Source of the DNA: Eledone cirrhosa
Lineage: Eukaryota
Assembly: GCA_964016885.1 (NCBI GenBank)
Contig: OZ024764.1
Span: 26,164,001-26,228,000, forward strand
Length of the DNA: 64,000 nucleotides
Direction of reading: 5' to 3'
A model generated the notes under the pieces. The model was not told where the DNA came from. It saw only the letters and a program-made list of their open reading frames with translations, and searched no databases. The position numbers were made by a program, and so were the translations under genes. Below, piece after piece: positions 1-13,884 of the stretch. Within the stretch, counting starts at the first letter, position 1. Every line of letters starts with the position of its first letter.

Positions 1-824
1 CAGTCTTTACTGTAATACTGTAAATATTCACAACAATCTGTCTACCAGTAAAGATACTATAAACATTTAGTACAAAACAACACTATGACTACATCACATT
101 AAATATTACAGTCTTTACTGTAATACTGTAAATATTCACAACAATCTGTCTACCAGTAAAGATACTATAAACATTTAGTACAAAACAACACTATGACTAC
201 ATCACATTAAATATTAAAGTCTTTACTGTAATACTGTAAATATTCACAACAATCTGTCCACCAGTAAAGATACTATAAACATTTAGTACAAAACAACACT
301 ATGACTACATCACATTAAATATTACAGTCTTTACTGTAATACTGTAAATATTCACAACAATCTGTCTACCAGTAAAGATACTATAAACATTTAGTACAAA
401 ACAACACTATGACTACATCACATTAAATATTAAAGTCTTTACTGTAATACTGTAAATTTCCACAACAATCTGTCCACCAGTAAAGATACTATAAACATTT
501 AGTACAAAACAACACTATGACTACATCACATTAAATATTAAAGTCTTTACTGTAATACAGTAAATTTCCACAACAATCTGTCCACCAGTAAAGATACTAT
601 AAACATTTAGTACAAAACAACACTATGACTACATCACATTAAATATTAAAGTCTTTACTGTAATACTGTAAATTTCCACAACAATCTGTCCACCAGTAAA
701 GATACTATAAACATTTAGTACAAAACAACACTATGACTACATCACATTAAATATTAAAGTCTTTACTGTAATACAGTAAATTTCCACAACAATCTGTCCA
801 CCAGTAAAGATACTATAAACATTT
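1..824. repeat. 108-bp tandem minisatellite (~7.5 copies, runs off window start)
   Basis: Unit cagtctttactgtaatactgtaaatattcacaacaatctg...cacattaaatatta recurs at 1, 109, ...; low-copy relatives at ~43490-43590 and ~60010-60220. Confidence 0.95.
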
Positions 825-951
825 GAATTAATAATCAAAACGACCCCCCAATATTTCAACATCACCCCACTCTGCTATCCCTTCCCTCCATCTCTGAACT
901 AACATATTAGCTGAGGTGAGAAAGAGTTAAGTTGCAGTGGGTTGACCTTAC

Positions 952-1161
952 CTGTGTGATGATCTTGTATAAAGCGCTGACTAAGACCAGGTGGTAGATG
1001 AGAGGAGACTGTGGGTTGAGACAGACCTTGGGAAGATCTCCGATGTATGGGTTGATGCGAAAGAACGACACAAAACAATCAATGTACAGGTCAATGTCTT
1101 GACCAATTGTACCCTGGCTACGACTAAACTTCGTACTGGAAGGTGGGCTGAATAGTAGGGT
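952..1161 (-). CDS. NF1: Neurofibromin exon (11th in window), 210 nt, [17 protein letters not shown]...[14 protein letters not shown]
   Basis: cag|ACC acceptor and CAG|gtaagg donor; resembles human NF1 NLLFNPSKPFSRG..DVDLMIDCLVSCFRISP..ICLAQNSPSTFHYVLVNSLHRIITN (recalled); phase 0/0. Confidence 0.93.
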
Positions 1162-1180
1162 CTGTAGAGAAGACAACAAC

Positions 1181-1476
<296 letters not shown>

Positions 1477-1825
1477 TACGATATTAAACCAATGGAAACT
1501 ACATTTATAAAACCATATTTATTTCATTATATATATTTCAGGGATATCATATTAAAAATATGGTATGCCTTCTTCAGACAAAATACAATATATAAACAGT
1601 TTTATAAATAAATTTGACATACCTTAAAATTTTACAACTTCCATTTAAAAAGTTGTTATGGAAGTTGTAAAATTTTAAGGTATGTCAAATTTATTTATAA
1701 AACTGTTTATATATTGTATTTTGTCTGAAGAAGGCATACCATATTTTTAATATGATATCCCTGAAATATATATAATGAAATAAATATGGTTTTATAAATG
1801 TAGTTTCCATTGGTTTAATATCGTA
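1477..1825. repeat. Perfect inverted repeat, 168-bp arms, 13-nt spacer (hairpin/fold-back or MITE-like)
   Basis: 1477-1644 is the reverse complement of 1658-1825. Confidence 0.92.
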
Positions 1826-1909
1826 AAATACTCCAAAACCTGTTGAGTGCTTTTATATCAGTTATAAAATATTTACTCGTTGTAACCCAACAATTTTAAA
1901 TAAAACTTT

Positions 1910-1910
<1 letters not shown>

Positions 1911-1951
<41 letters not shown>

Positions 1952-2332
1952 TATACATACATATATACATACATATATATATACATACATGTATATATAC
2001 ATACATGTATATATACATACATGTATATATACATACATATATATATACATACATATATATATACATACATATATATATACATACATATATATATACATAC
2101 ATGTATATATACATACATGTATATATACATACATGTATATATACATACATATATATATACATACATATATATATACATACATATATATATACATACATAT
2201 ATATATACATACATATATATATACATACATATATATATACATACATATATATATACATACATATATATATACATACATATATATATACATACATATATAT
2301 ATACATACATATATATATACATACATATATAT

Positions 2333-2395
<63 letters not shown>

Positions 2396-2420
2396 CATAC
2401 ACACACACATATATATATTT
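1911..2420. repeat. TA/TACA compound microsatellite
   Basis: Directly visible. Confidence 0.95.
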
Positions 2421-2596
2421 CAATATAAGACAATGACACTGGATTGAGCTCTTTGGCACCATGCAGTTATACAGAAAACCCGACTGCCATTGCATACAAA
2501 CCTACAATTAGTAGGTTTGTATGCAATGTACACCCCACCCCACCGCCACACACCCTATCCCATCCTCCCTTTCCCGTGTCGATGACACAACAGTCT

Positions 2597-5500
2597 AAAC
2601 TGTAAGGTGGTCATGTAGGAGACACAGTAAAAAGGTTCCCAGTCCACACTGTAAAGTGGTCGTGTAGGGGACACAGTAAAAAGGTTCCCAGTCCACACTG
2701 TAAAGTGGTCATGTAGGAGACACAGTAAAAAGGCTCCCAGTCCACACTGTAAAGTGGTCGTGTAGGAGACACAGTAAAAAGGCTCCCAGTCCACACTGTA
2801 AAGTGGTCGTGTAGGAGACACAGTAAAAAGGTTCCCAGTCCACACTGTAAAGTGGTCATGTAGGAGACACAGTAAAAAGGTTCCCAGTCCACACTGTAAA
2901 GTGGTCGTGTAGGAGACACAGTAAAAAGGCTCCCAGTCCACACTGTAAAGTGGTCGTGTAGGAGACACAGTAAAAAGGCTCCCAGTCCACACTGTAAAGT
3001 GGTCTTGTAGGGGACACAGTAAAAAGGCTCCCAGTCCACACTGTAAAGTGGTCGTGTAGGGGACACAGTAAAAAGGCTCCCAGTCCACACTGTAAAGTGG
3101 TCATGTAGGAGACACAGTAAAAAGGCTCCCAGTCCACACTGTAAAGTGGTCGTGTAGGAGACACAGTAAAAAGGCTCCCAGTCCACACTGTAAAGTGGTC
3201 TTGTAGGAGACAGGGTAAAAAGGCTCCCAGTCCACACTGTAAAGTGGTCTTGTAGAAGACACAGTAAAAAGGCTCCCAGTCCACACTGTAAAGTGGTCGT
3301 GTAGGAGACACAGTAAAAAGGCTCCCAGTCCACACTGTAAAGTGGTCATGTAGGAGACACAGTAAAAAGGTTCCCAGTCCACACTGTAAAGTGGTCATGT
3401 AGGAGACACAGTAAAAAGGCTCCCAGTCCACACTGTAAAGTGGTCGTGTAGGAGACACAGTAAAAAGGCTCCCAGTCTACACTGTAAAGTGGTCATGTAG
3501 GAGACACAGTAAAAAGGTTCCCAGTCCACACTGTAAAGTGGTCATGTAGGAGACACAGTAAAAAGGTTCCCAGTCCACACTGTAAAGTGGTCGTGTAGGG
3601 GACAGTAAAAAGGTTCCCAGTCCACACTGTAAAGTGGTCGTGTAGGGGACACAGTAAAAAGGTTCCCAGTCCACACTGTAAAGTGGTCATGTAGGGGACA
3701 CAGTAAAAAGGCTCCCAGTCCACACTGTAAAGTGGTCGTGTAGGGGACACAGTAAAAAGGCTCCCAGTCCACACTGTAAAGTGGTCATGTAGGAGACACA
3801 GTAAAAAGGCTCCCAGTCCACACTGTAAAGTGGTCGTGTAGGAGACACAGTAAAAAGGCTCCCAGTCCACACTGTAAAGTGGTCGTGTAGGAGACACAGT
3901 AAAAAGGTTCCCAGTCCACACTGTAAAGTGGTCATGTAGGAGACACAGTAAAAAGGTTCCCAGTCCACACTGTAAAGTGGTCGTGTAGGGGACACAGTAA
4001 AAAGGTTCCCAGTCCACACTGTAAAGTGGTCGTGTTGGAGACACAGTAAAAAGGCTCCCAGTCCACACTGTAAAGTGGTCTTGTAGGAGACAGGGTAAAA
4101 AGGCTCCCAGTCCACACTGTAAAGTGGTCTTGTAGAAGACACAGTAAAAAGGCTCCCAGTCCACACTGTAAAGTGGTCGTGTAGGAGACACAGTAAAAAG
4201 GCTCCCAGTCCACACTGTAAAGTGGTCATGTAGGAGACACAGTAAAAAGGTTCCCAGTCCACACTGTAAAGTTGTCATGTAGGACACACAGTAAAAAGGT
4301 TCCCAGTCCACACTGTAAAGTGGTCGTGTAGGGAACAGTAAAAAGGCTCCCAGTCCACACTATAAAGTGGTCATGTAGGGGACACAGTAAAAAGGCTCCC
4401 AGTCCACACTGTAAAGTGGTCATGTAGGAGACACAGTAAAAAAGCTCCCAGTCCACACTGTAAAGTGGTCGTGTAGGAAATACAGTAAAAAGGTTCCCAG
4501 TCCACACTGTAAAGTGGTCGTGTAGGGGACACAGTAAAAAGGCTCCCAGTCCACACTATAAAGTGGTCGTGTAGGAGACACAGTAAAAAGGCTCCCAGTC
4601 CACACTGTAAAGTGGTCATGTAGGAGACACAGTAAAAAGGTTCCCAGTCCACACTGTAAAGTGGTCTTGTAGGAGACAGGGTAAAAAGGCTCCCAGTCCA
4701 CACTGTAAAGTGGTCGTGTAGGGGACACAGTAAAAAGGCTCCCAGTCCACACTGTAAAGTGGTCGTGTAGGAGACACAGTAAAAAGGCTCCCAGTCCACA
4801 CTGTAAAGTGGTCTTGTAGGAGACACAGTAAAAAGGCTCCCAGTCCACACTGTAAAGTGGTCTTGTAGAAGACACAGTAAAAAGGCCTCCCAGTCCACAC
4901 TGTAAAGTGGTCGTGTAGGGGACACAGTAAAAAGGCTCCCAGTCCACACTGTAAAGTGGTCGTGTAGGGGACACAGTAAAAAGGCTCCCAGTCCACACTG
5001 TAAAGTGGTCGTGTAGGAAACACAGTAAAAAGGCTCCCAGTCCACACTGTAAAGTGGTCTTGTAGGAGACACAGTAAAAAGGCTCCCAGTCCACACTGTA
5101 CAGTGGTCATGTAGGAAACAGAGTAAAAAGGCTCCCAGTCCACACTGTAAAGTGGTCTTGTAGAAGACACAGTAAAAAGGCTCCCAGTCCACACTGTAAA
5201 GTGGTCGTGTAGGGGACACAGTAAAAAGGCTCCCAGTCCACACTGTAAAGTGGTCGTGTAGGAGACACAGTAAAAAGGCTCCCAGTCCACACTGTAAAGT
5301 GGTCGTGTAGGAGACACAGTAAAAAGGCTCCCAGTCCACACTGTAAAGTGGTCGTGTAGGGGACACAGTAAAAAGGCTCCCAGTCCACACTGTAAAGTGG
5401 TCGTGTAGGGGACACAGTAAAAAGGCTCCCAGTCCACACTGTAAAGTGGTCGTGTAGGAAACACAGTAAAAAGGCTCCCAGTCCACACTGTAAAGTGGTC

Positions 5501-8500
5501 TTGTAGGAGACACAGTAAAAAGGCTCCCAGTCCACACTGTACAGTGGTCATGTAGGAAACAGAGTAAAAAGGCTCCCAGTCCACACTGTAAAGTGGTCTT
5601 GTAGAAGACACAGTAAAAAGGCTCCCAGTCCACACTGTAAGGTGGTCTTGTAGGAGACACAGTAAAAAGGCTCCCAGTCCACACTGTACAGTGGTCATGT
5701 AGGAAACAGAGTAAAAAGGCTCCCAGTCCACACTGTAAAGTGGTCGTGTAGGAGACACAGTAAAAAGGCTCCCAGTCCACACTGTAAAGTGGTCTTGTAG
5801 AAGACACAGTAAAAAGGCTCCCAGTCCACACTGTAAGGTGGTCGTGTAGGAGACACAGTAAAAAGGCTCCCAGTCCACACTGTAAAGTGGTCGTGTAGGA
5901 GACACAGTAAAAAGGCTCCCAGTCCACACTGTAAAGTGGTCATGTAGGAGACACAGTAAAAAGGTTCCCAGTCCACACTGTAAAGTGGTCATGTAGGAGA
6001 CACAGTAAAAAGGTTCCCAGTCCACACTGTAAAGTGGTCGTGTAGGGGACAGTAAAAAGGTTCCCAGTCCACACTGTAAAGTGGTCGTGTAGGGGACACA
6101 GTAAAAAGGTTCCCAGTCCACACTGTAAAGTGGTCGTGTAGGGGACACAGTAAAAAGGCTCCCAGTCCACACTGTAAAGTGGTCGTGTAGGGGACACAGT
6201 AAAAAGGCTCCCAGTCCACACTGTAAAGTGGTCATGTAGGAGACACAGTAAAAAGGTTCCCAGTCCACACTGTAAAGTGGTCATGTAGGAGACACAGTAA
6301 AAAGGTTCCCAGTCCACACTGTAAAGTGGTCGTGTAGGGGACAGTAAAAAGGTTCCCAGTCCACACTGTAAAGTGGTCGTGTAGGGGACACAGTAAAAAG
6401 GTTCCCAGTCCACACTGTAAAGTGGTCATGTAGGGGACACAGTAAAAAGGCTCCCAGTCCACACTGTAAAGTGGTCGTGTAGGGGACACAGTAAAAAGGC
6501 TCCCAGTCCACACTGTAAAGTGGTCATGTAGGAGACACAGTAAAAAGGCTCCCAGTCCACACTGTAAAGTGGTCGTGTAGGAGACACAGTAAAAAGGTTC
6601 CCAGTCCACACTGTAAAGTGGTCATGTAGGAGACACAGTAAAAAGGTTCCCAGTCCACACTGTAAAGTGGTCGTGTAGGGGACACAGTAAAAAGGTTCCC
6701 AGTCCACACTGTAAAGTGGTCGTGTTGGAGACACAGTAAAAAGGCTCCCAGTCCACACTGTAAAGTGGTCTTGTAGGAGACAGGGTAAAAAGGCTCCCAG
6801 TCCACACTGTAAAGTGGTCTTGTAGAAGACACAGTAAAAAGGCTCCCAGTCCACACTGTAAAGTGGTCGTGTAGGAGACACAGTAAAAAGGCTCCCAGTC
6901 CACACTGTAAAGTGGTCATGTAGGAGACACAGTAAAAAGGTTCCCAGTCCACACTGTAAAGTTGTCATGTAGGAGACACAGTAAAAAGGTTCCCAGTCCA
7001 CACTGTAAAGTGGTCGTGTAGGGAACAGTAAAAAGGCTCCCAGTCCACACTATAAAGTGGTCATGTAGGGGACACAGTAAAAAGGCTCCCAGTCCACACT
7101 GTAAAGTGGTCATGTAGGAGACACAGTAAAAAAGCTCCCAGTCCACACTGTAAAGTGGTCGTGTAGGAAATACAGTAAAAAGGTTCCCAGTCCACACTGT
7201 AAAGTGGTCGTGTAGGGGACACAGTAAAAAGGCTCCCAGTCCACACTATAAAGTGGTCGTGTAGGAGACACAGTAAAAAGGCTCCCAGTCCACACTGTAA
7301 AGTGGTCATGTAGGAGACACAGTAAAAAGGTTCCCAGTCCACACTGTAAAGTGGTCTTGTAGGAGACAGGGTAAAAAGGTTCCCAGTCCACACTGTAAAG
7401 TGGTCGTGTAGGGGACACAGTAAAAAGGCTCCCAGTCCACACTGTAAAGTGGTCGTGTAGGAGACACAGTAAAAAGGCTCCCAGTCCACACTGTAAAGTG
7501 GTCTTGTAGGAGACACAGTAAAAAGGCTCCCAGTCCACACTGTAAAGTGGTCTTGTAGAAGACACAGTAAAAAGGCTCCCAGTCCACACTGTAAAGTGGT
7601 CGTGTAGGAGACACAGTAAAAAGGCTCCCAGTCCACACTGTAAAGTGGTCTTGTAGGAGACACAGTAAAAAGGCTCCCAGTCCACACTGTAAAGTGGTCT
7701 TGTAGAAGACACAGTAAAAAGGCTCCCAGTCCACACTGTAAAGTGGTCGTGTAGGAGACACAGTAAAAAGGCTCCCAGTCCACACTGTAAAGTGGTCTTG
7801 TAGAAGACACAGTAAAAAGGCTCCCAGTCCACACTGTAAAGTGGTCGTGTAGGAGACACAGTAAAAAGGCTCCCAGTCCACACTGTAAAGTGGTCTTGTA
7901 GGAGACACAGTAAAAAGGCTCCCAGTCCACACTGTACAGTGGTCATGTAGGAAACACAGTAAAAAGGCTCCCAGTCCACACTGTAAAGTGGTCTTGTAGA
8001 AGACACAGTAAAAAGGCTCCCAGTCCACACTGTAAAGTGGTCGTGTAGGGGACACAGTAAAAAGGCTCCCAGTCCACACTGTAAAGTGGTCGTGTAGGGG
8101 ACACAGTAAAAAGGCTCCCAGTCCACACTGTAAAGTGGTCATGTAGGAGACACAGTAAAAAGGCTCCCAGTCCACACTGTAAAGTGGTCGTGTAGGGGAT
8201 ACAGTAAAAAGGCTCCCAGTCCACACTGTAAAGTGGTCGTGTAGGAGACACAGTAAAAAGGCTCCCAGTCCACACTGTAAAGTGGTCTTGTAGGAGACAG
8301 GGTAAAAAGGCTCCCAGTCCACACTGTAAAGTGGTCTTGTAGAAGACACAGTAAAAAGGCTCCCAGTCCACACTGTAAAGTGGTCGTGTAGGAGACACAG
8401 TAAAAAGGCTCCCAGTCCACACTGTAAAGTGGTCATGTAGGAGACACAGTAAAAAGGTTCCCAGTCCACACTGTAAAGTGGTCATGTAGGAGACACAGTA

Positions 8501-10260
8501 AAAAGGTTCCCAGTCCACACTGTAAAGTGGTCGTGTAGGGGACAGTAAAAAGGTTCCCAGTCCACACTGTAAAGTGGTCGTGTAGGGGACACAGTAAAAA
8601 GGTTCCCAGTCCACACTGTAAAGTGGTCGTGTAGGGGACACAGTAAAAAGGCTCCCAGTCCACACTGTAAAGTGGTCGTGTAGGGGACACAGTAAAAAGG
8701 CTCCCAGTCCACACTGTAAAGTGGTCATGTAGGAGACACAGTAAAAAGGCTCCCAGTCCACACTGTAAAGTGGTCGTGTAGGAGACACAGTAAAAAGGCT
8801 CCCAGTCCACACTGTAAAGTGGTCGTGTAGGAGACACAGTAAAAAGGTTCCCAGTCCACACTGTAAAGTGGTCGTGTAGGGGACACAGTAAAAAGGCTCC
8901 CAGTCCACACTGTAAAGTGGTCATGTAGGAGACAAAGTAAAAAGGCTCCCAGTCCACACTGTAAAGTGGTCGTGTAGGGGATACAGTAAAAAGGCTCCCA
9001 GTCCACACTGTAAAGTGGTCGTGTAGGAGACACAGTAAAAAGGCTCCCAGTCCACACTGTAAAGTGGTCTTGTAGGAGACAGGGTAAAAAGGCTCCCAGT
9101 CCACACTGTAAAGTGGTCTTGTAGAAGACACAGTAAAAAGGCTCCCAGTCCACACTGTAAAGTGGTCGTGTAGGAGACACAGTAAAAAGGCTCCCAGTCC
9201 ACACTGTAAAGTGGTCATGTAGGAGACACAGTAAAAAGGTTCCCAGTCCACACTGTAAAGTGGTCATGTAGGAGACACAGTAAAAAGGTTCCCAGTCCAC
9301 ACTGTAAAGTGGTCGTGTAGGGGACAGTAAAAAGGTTCCCAGTCCACACTGTAAAGTGGTCGTGTAGGGGACACAGTAAAAAGGTTCCCAGTCCACACTG
9401 TAAAGTGGTCGTGTAGGGGACACAGTAAAAAGGCTCCCAGTCCACACTGTAAAGTGGTCGTGTAGGGGACACAGTAAAAAGGCTCCCAGTCCACACTGTA
9501 AAGTGGTCATGTAGGAGACACAGTAAAAAGGCTCCCAGTCCACACTGTAAAGTGGTCGTGTAGGAGACACAGTAAAAAGGCTCCCAGTCCACACTGTAAA
9601 GTGGTCGTGTAGGAGACACAGTAAAGTGGTCATGTAGGAGACACAGTAAAAAGGTTCCCAGTCCACACTGTAAAGTGGTCGTGTAGGGGACACAGTAAAA
9701 AGGTTCCCAGTCCACACTGTAAAGTGGTCGTGTAGGAGACACAGTAAAAAGGCTCCCAGTCCACACTATAAAGTGGTCTTGTAGGAGACAGGGTAAAAAG
9801 GCTCCCAGTCCACACTGTAAAGTGGTCTTGTAGAAGACACAGTAAAAAGGCTCCCAGTCCACACTGTAAAGTGGTCGTGTAGGAGACACAGTAAAAAGGT
9901 TCCCAGTCCACACTGTAAAGTGGTCATGTAGGGGACACAGTAAAAAGGCTCCCAGTCCACACTGTAAAGTGGTCGTGTAGGAGACACAGTAAAAAGGTTC
10001 CCAGTCCACACTGTAAAGTGGTCATGTAGGAGACACAGTAAAAAGGTTCCCAGTCCACACTGTAAAGTGGTCGTGTAGGGGACAGTAAAAAGGTTCCCAG
10101 TCCACACTGTAAAGTGGTCGTGTTGGGGACACAGTAAAAAGGTTCCCAGGCCACACTGTAAAGTGGTCGTGTAGGGGACACAGTAAAAAGGTTCCCAGTC
10201 CACACTGTAAAGTGGTCGTGTAGGGGACACAGTAAAAAGGCTCCCAGTCCACACTGTAAA
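2597..10260 (+). repeat. 49-bp minisatellite (~155 copies) related to the RTE LINE 3' UTR
   Basis: Unit cccagtccacactgtaaagtggtcgtgtaggagacacagtaaaaaggct; similar to 54530-54625 in the LINE 3' UTR. Confidence 0.95.
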
Positions 10261-10363
10261 AAACCTGCCAGAGACACAGTCTCCCGACCATTCCCACATC
10301 AAATGGAACAAAACAGTCTAACCCATGCTAGTGTGGAAGATGGACGTTAAACGATGATGATGA
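10261..10363 (+). mobile_element. RTE-type LINE 3' terminus with (GAT)n tail closing the 49-bp array
   Basis: gtctaacccatgctagtgtggaagatggacgttaaacgatgatgatga matches the LINE end at 54735-54790. Confidence 0.75.
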
Positions 10364-10570
10364 AGGCGTATGGCTGAGTGGTTAGAGTATTGGATTCGCA
10401 ATCGTCAGGTTGTGAGTTTGATTCCCAGACCAGGCGATGTGTTGTATCCTTGGGCAAGACACTTTATTTCACGTTGCTCCTTCTACCTGGAGTTGTGACC
10501 GATAGATAGTATTAGCAATTGGAAAGACCAATGGAAACATTGTTTCCTCGGTCAGATTTGACAAAAAGTC
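10364..10570 (+). mobile_element. tRNA-derived SINE (family B, alternative tail)
   Basis: A-box-like tggctgagtggttag, B-box-like gagtttgattcc, core tccttgggcaagacactttatttcacgttgctcc; similar copy at 14411-14600. Confidence 0.75.
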
Positions 10571-10610
10571 GATCAACTGTCAGTAAATACATATATATAT
10601 ATATAGATAT

Positions 10611-10956
10611 GGAGGCACATGGCTTAGTGGTTAGAGCATTGGCCTTGCAATCGAAAGGTTGTGAGTTCAATTCTCAGACCGGGTGATGTGTTGTTTCCTT
10701 GAGCAAGACACTTTATTTCACATTGCTCCAGTTTACTCAGCTGTAGAAATGAGATGATAGGGACTGGGGTCCCTATCATTCCACTGCAAAGTGGTCGTGG
10801 AGGTGCCACGGCAAAAAAACCACCCAGCACTCACTGTAAATGAGGTTGGTGTTAGGAAGGGCATCCAGCCGTAGAAATCAAGCTAGAATCAGTTCCCGTC
10901 TCACCCTTGCATGCAGGGAAAAGTGGACGTGAAATGAAATGATGATGAAATGATGA
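10611..10956 (+). mobile_element. tRNA-derived SINE (family B) with RTE-LINE-derived 3' tail
   Basis: tggcttagtggttag/gagttcaattct head; tail matches LINE 3' UTR 54525-54680; near-identical copy at 32857-33200. Confidence 0.82.
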
Positions 10957-11074
10957 TATATATATATATAGAGAGAGACAGAGATAGATAGATATAGATA
11001 CACCCCTAACTGAGGTCATGTCTCATTGATTTCATAGTGAGGTAAAGATATTGTGGTGAATAAGAGGTACAAAC

Positions 11075-11260
11075 CTTGAGGTCATGGGTCACGGATTGCA
11101 CTAGCGTAAACAAAACATTGGGCCGATCGTTAATATTGATATATGTAGATGCTTTGCACATTCGGACAAATGTCACAGCAGCCCCTTCAGTCTGAGATGC
11201 CTTGGAGCTCCCTCCGTGAGGGTTGGATATTGCTTTCCGGGCCTCATCAATGAAATGTTT
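11075..11260 (-). CDS. NF1: Neurofibromin exon (10th in window), 186 nt, KHFIDEARKAISNPHGGSSKASQTEGAAVTFVRMCKASTYININDRPNVLFTLVQSVTHDLK
   Basis: tttcag|AAA and AAG|gtttgt; resembles human KLFLDSLRKALAGHGGSRQLTESAAIACVKLCKASTYINWEDNSVIFLLVQSMVVDLK (recalled). Confidence 0.95.
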
Positions 11261-11418
11261 CTGAAACAAATATATTATTATTACTACTCATGCTATATGG
11301 TTTTTCGAAAGGTGGTTTTTCTGCCAGCATGTGTAGTGTGTATATTGATATTATACGCAGTTAGATATGATATGTCAAATAAAATCGTAATTGATAAAAT
11401 GCACAGAAATTGAATTAA

Positions 11419-13884
11419 CCCTTTAGCATTCACATTACTCTATATATACAATTATATTTTCACAGTAAAGGCTTTATCTCACATATCTCACATAACATTT
11501 ACATTACTCTATATATACTATTGTATTTTCACAGTAAAGGCTTCACCTCACATAATATCTCACATAACATTTACATTACTCTATATATACTATTGTATTT
11601 TCACAGTAAAGGCTTTACCTCACATAATATCTCACATAACATTTACATTACTCTATATATACTATTGTATTTTCACAGTAAAGGCTTCACCTCACATAAT
11701 ATCTCACATAACATTTACATTACTCTATATATACTATTGTATTTTCACAGTAAAGGCTTCACCTCACATAATATCTCACATAACATTTACATTACTCTAT
11801 ATATACTATTGTATTTTCACAGTAAAAGCTTTACCTCACATAATATCTCACATAACATTTACATTACTCTATATATACTATTATATTTTCACAGTAAAGG
11901 CTTTATCTCACATAATATCTCACATAACATTTACATTACTCTATATATACTATTATATTTTCACAGTAAAGGCTTTATCTCACATAATATCTCACATAAC
12001 ATTTACATTACTCTATATATACTATTATATTTTCACAGTAAAGGCTTTATCTCACATAATATCTCACATAACATTTACATTACTCTATATATACTATTAT
12101 ATTTTCACAGTAAAGGCTTTATCTCACATAATATCTCACATAACATTTACATTACTCTATATATACTATTATATTTTCACAGTAAAGGCTTTATCTCACA
12201 TAATATCTCACATAACATTTACATTACTCTATATATACTATTATATTTTCACAGTAAAGGCTTTATCTCACATAATATCTCACATAACATTTACATTACT
12301 CTATATATACTATTATATTTTCACAGTAAAGGCTTTATCTCACATAATATCTCACATAACATTTACATTACTCTATATATACTATTATATTTTCACAGTA
12401 AAGGCTTTATCTCACATAATATCTCACATAACATTTACATTACTCTATATATACAATTATATTTTCATGGTAAAGGCTTTACCCCACATATCTCACATAA
12501 CATTTACATTACTCTATATATACTATTGTATTTTCACAGTAAAGGCTTTACCTCACATAATATCTCACATAACATTTACATTACTCTATATATACTATTA
12601 TATTTTCACAGTAAAGGCTTTATCTCACATAACATTTACATTACTCTATATATACTATTGTATTTTCACAGTAAAGGCTTTACCTCACATAATATCCCAC
12701 ATAACATTTACATTACTCTATATATACTATTATATTTTCACAGTAAAGGCTTTATCTCACATAATATCTCACATAACATTTACATTACTCTATATATACT
12801 ATTATATTTTCACAGTAAAGGCTTTATCTCACATAACATTTACATTACTCTATATATACTATTATATTTTCACAGTAAAGGCTTTATCTCACATAATATC
12901 TCACATAACATTTACATTACTCTATATATACTATTATATTTTCACAGTAAAGGCTTTATCTCACATAATATCTCACATAACATTTACATTACTCTATATA
13001 TACTATTATATTTTCACAGTAAAGGCTTTATCTCACATAATATCTCACATAACATTTACATTACTCTATATATACTATTATATTTTCACAGTAAAGGCTT
13101 TATCTCACATAATATCTCACATAACATTTACATTACTCTATATATACTATTATATTTTCACAGTAAAGGCTTTATCTCACATAATATCTCACATAACATT
13201 TACATTACTCTATATATACAATTATATTTTCATGGTAAAGGCTTTACCTCACATATCTCACATAACATTTACATTACTCTATATATACTATTGTATTTTC
13301 ACAGTAAAGGCTTTACCTCACATAATATCTCACATAACATTTACATTACTCTATATATACTATTATATTTTCACAGTAAAGGCTTTATCTCACATAACAT
13401 TTACATTACTCTATATATACTATTGTATTTTCACAGTAAAGGCTTTACCTCACATAATATCCCACATAACATTTACATTACTCTATATATACTATTATAT
13501 TTTCACAGTAAAGGCTTTATCTCACATAATATCTCACATAACATTTACATTACTCTATATATACTATTATATTTTCACAGTAAAGGCTTTACCTCACATA
13601 ATATCCCACATAACATTTACATTACTCTATATATACTATTATATTTTCATGGTAAATGCTTTACCTCACATAATACCTCACATAACATTTACATTACTCT
13701 ATATATACTATTATATTTTCATGGTAAATGCTTTACCTCACATAATATCGAATCTATGAGATTTTGAAAGTATTTATTTTGAGAACAATAACTTAACATC
13801 AGTTTCAGTGACCAGTTACAGCCAGTTTCAACAGAAAAAGGTAGAGAATTCTGGCCGGTTTGGGCCGGTTTGAACATTAAAGGG
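11419..13884. mobile_element. TTAA-flanked MITE (piggyBac-like CCC...GGG ends) containing ~39 copies of a 60-bp unit
   Basis: TTAA|CCCTTTA at 11415-11425 and TAAAGGG|TTAA at 13878-13888; internal unit cacattactctatatatactattrtattttcacagtaaaggctttayctcacataatatctcacataacattt. Confidence 0.82.

Noticed and set aside
2597-10260. CRISPR-like appearance (constant repeat with a variable segment)
   Set aside because: The variable positions are point variants, not unique spacers; the context is eukaryotic and there are no cas genes.
2555-10311. Dozens of overlapping minus-strand ORFs (DWEPFYCVSY...)
   Set aside because: These are translations of a 49-bp repeat open in all three frames, with no splice or protein-family support.
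10364-10700. tRNA-like sequences
   Set aside because: A/B-box heads run into SINE bodies and I see no complete cloverleaf; these are SINEs, not tRNA genes.
11521-13767. 748-aa ORF (YFHSKGFTSHNISHN)n
   Set aside because: It is the 60-bp repeat inside a MITE, not a credible protein.
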